49,934 nucleotides of DNA. Source: Candidatus Woesearchaeota archaeon. Its GTDB lineage: Archaea; Nanobdellota; Nanobdellia; Woesearchaeales; GW2011-AR9. The stretch lies in the NCBI GenBank assembly GCA_018657475.1, contig JABHXC010000022.1, forward strand, positions 1 through 49,934, given 5' to 3'. Below the pieces are notes generated by a model. It saw only the letters and a list, made by a program, of their open reading frames with translations. It had not been told where the DNA came from and did no database searches. Made by a program: the position numbers and the translations under genes. Of the stretch, positions 49,089 through 49,934 are shown in pieces (position 1 is the stretch's first letter; the number at the start of each line of letters is the position of its first letter).

Positions 49089-49207
49089 CGCCAGCGCCCG
49101 GATTTGAACCGGGATATCCCGAAGGAAACAGGAGTTCAGTCAATCTAGGTTCCAGTCTTACGCCTTCTAAAAGAAGTCTGCGCAGTACCAGATTGTGCCA
49201 CGCTGGC
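49089..49207 (-). tRNA. tRNA-Ser(GGA)-like class II tRNA with one BHB intron plus an unresolved 15-nt insertion
   Basis: GCCAGCG TG GCA CAATCTGGTAC TGC G CAG[20 nt]GA CTGGAAC[15 nt]TCCTG TTTCCTTCGGGATAT CCCGG TTCAAAT CCGGG CGCTGGC G. The discriminator G and the long variable arm fit Ser. Confidence 0.65.
49158..49177 (-). other. BHB intron 1 of tRNA-Ser (29/30, 20 nt)
   Basis: GCGC AG|A CTTCT-TTT-AGAAG GCGT AA|G: central helix GCGC/GCGT. Splicing joins CAG to GA, which completes the stem CAGGA/TCCTG. Confidence 0.7.
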
Positions 49208-49232
49208 TTGAACTTGATCAGAACAAAGCTCT

Positions 49233-49916
49233 TTATAAATTTAATGTTGCTTTAAGAGTTTCTGTCTTCTTCTTGTGATAAAAACCAATAATCTTGTAAT
49301 ATCTTTCTCTTGCACTTTTTTGATTAATGGAAATAATGTGAACTTTTGAATAGGTTTCTTGTTTGGGCTGATATTTATAGTTACAATGATTTATTTGAAA
49401 CTCAGAAAGAAGATTTGAAATATTTTTCATTCCATTTTCATTCACTGTTTGAACCCTAATTGTCTTTTTTCCAACATATGCTTCTGCTGAGAAAAATGCT
49501 CTCAGCCAATTTATTTTTGATTCTTGACAAGTAAGAATAGAGTTTGGGAGGTTCCAGTTATGAGTATCAAACTTTGCAAGTTTTAAAAGGTCAGTAACGA
49601 TTAATTTGGAAGTTTTTCTAACTGCAAAATAATTCTTTAATTTTTTTGTAGAGGGATTTTTTAAGTAAACTTTGTTTAATGCGTCAATATATACATCTTT
49701 CATTAACTCATCATCAGGAAAAAAATCTAATTGATAATGATTATAACTCTTTTCTCTTCTAACTTGCACACTTCCATCTCCAGCGAGAAAACCACATAAC
49801 ATTGCTTTTAAGATTCTTGTTTCTTCATTTTGTATCATTGCTGCTTTTTCTTTAGCAATTTTACTCTTCCAACGGGAATCAGCAATTTTCTTATTTCTTT
49901 TAGACAAATCTAACAT
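49233..49916 (-). CDS. free-standing double-motif LAGLIDADG endonuclease-like protein
   Basis: LCGFLAGDGSV and LRAFFSAEAYV. Its stop codon overlaps the TATA box (TTTATAAA 49232-49239) that sits 24 nt upstream of tRNA-Ser. Confidence 0.7.
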   Translation of the reverse strand: MLDLSKRNKKIADSRWKSKIAKEKAAMIQNEETRILKAMLCGFLAGDGSVQVRREKSYNHYQLDFFPDDELMKDVYIDALNKVYLKNPSTKKLKNYFAVRKTSKLIVTDLLKLAKFDTHNWNLPNSILTCQESKINWLRAFFSAEAYVGKKTIRVQTVNENGMKNISNLLSEFQINHCNYKYQPKQETYSKVHIISINQKSARERYYKIIGFYHKKKTETLKATLNL

Positions 49917-49934
49917 TTTTATTAATTTTAAATG

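Overview
This is an AT-rich, gene-dense archaeal chromosome segment. The archaeal assignment rests on the ftsZ-secE-spt5 cluster, TYW1/Taw1, a class-III-signal pilin, TTTATAAA TATA boxes and tRNA introns of the bulge-helix-bulge (BHB) type. It looks like a small-genome, DPANN-like lineage, but that lineage call is inference only. Housekeeping genes that I recognised directly from motifs are FtsZ, SecE, Spt5/NusG, an FKBP PPIase, archaeal CMP kinase, endonuclease V, SMC, GyrB, TYW1, an H+-pyrophosphatase, a DEAD-box helicase, an IMPase-family enzyme and a DHH/DHHA1 phosphoesterase. I saw no rRNA genes, CRISPR arrays or transposases. Five things stand out. (1) A compact minus-strand operon (about 28.9-30.9 kb) has its own TATA box and terminator. 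It encodes a small HExxH peptidase, a radical SAM/SPASM enzyme with a PqqD-like tail, and a 58-63 aa peptide ending in DCDCGDGSNCDS. This is a RiPP-like module, and the CxxxCxxC motif of the radical SAM gene is split by a 1-nt frame disruption. (2) All four tRNA genes are interrupted. I could fold six introns by hand into BHB or BHB-like motifs, mostly at non-canonical positions. They include two look-alike 19-nt introns in tRNA-Thr and a 74-nt T-loop intron in tRNA-Arg. (3) Three free-standing LAGLIDADG genes each sit immediately upstream of an intron-bearing tRNA, and two of these units share conserved flanking motifs. (4) GyrB carries a 434-aa intein with an HNH-type endonuclease insert. 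(5) Endonuclease V is translationally coupled to two unknown proteins that share a C-terminal tail motif. All function calls come from motif recognition by eye; no database search was possible.
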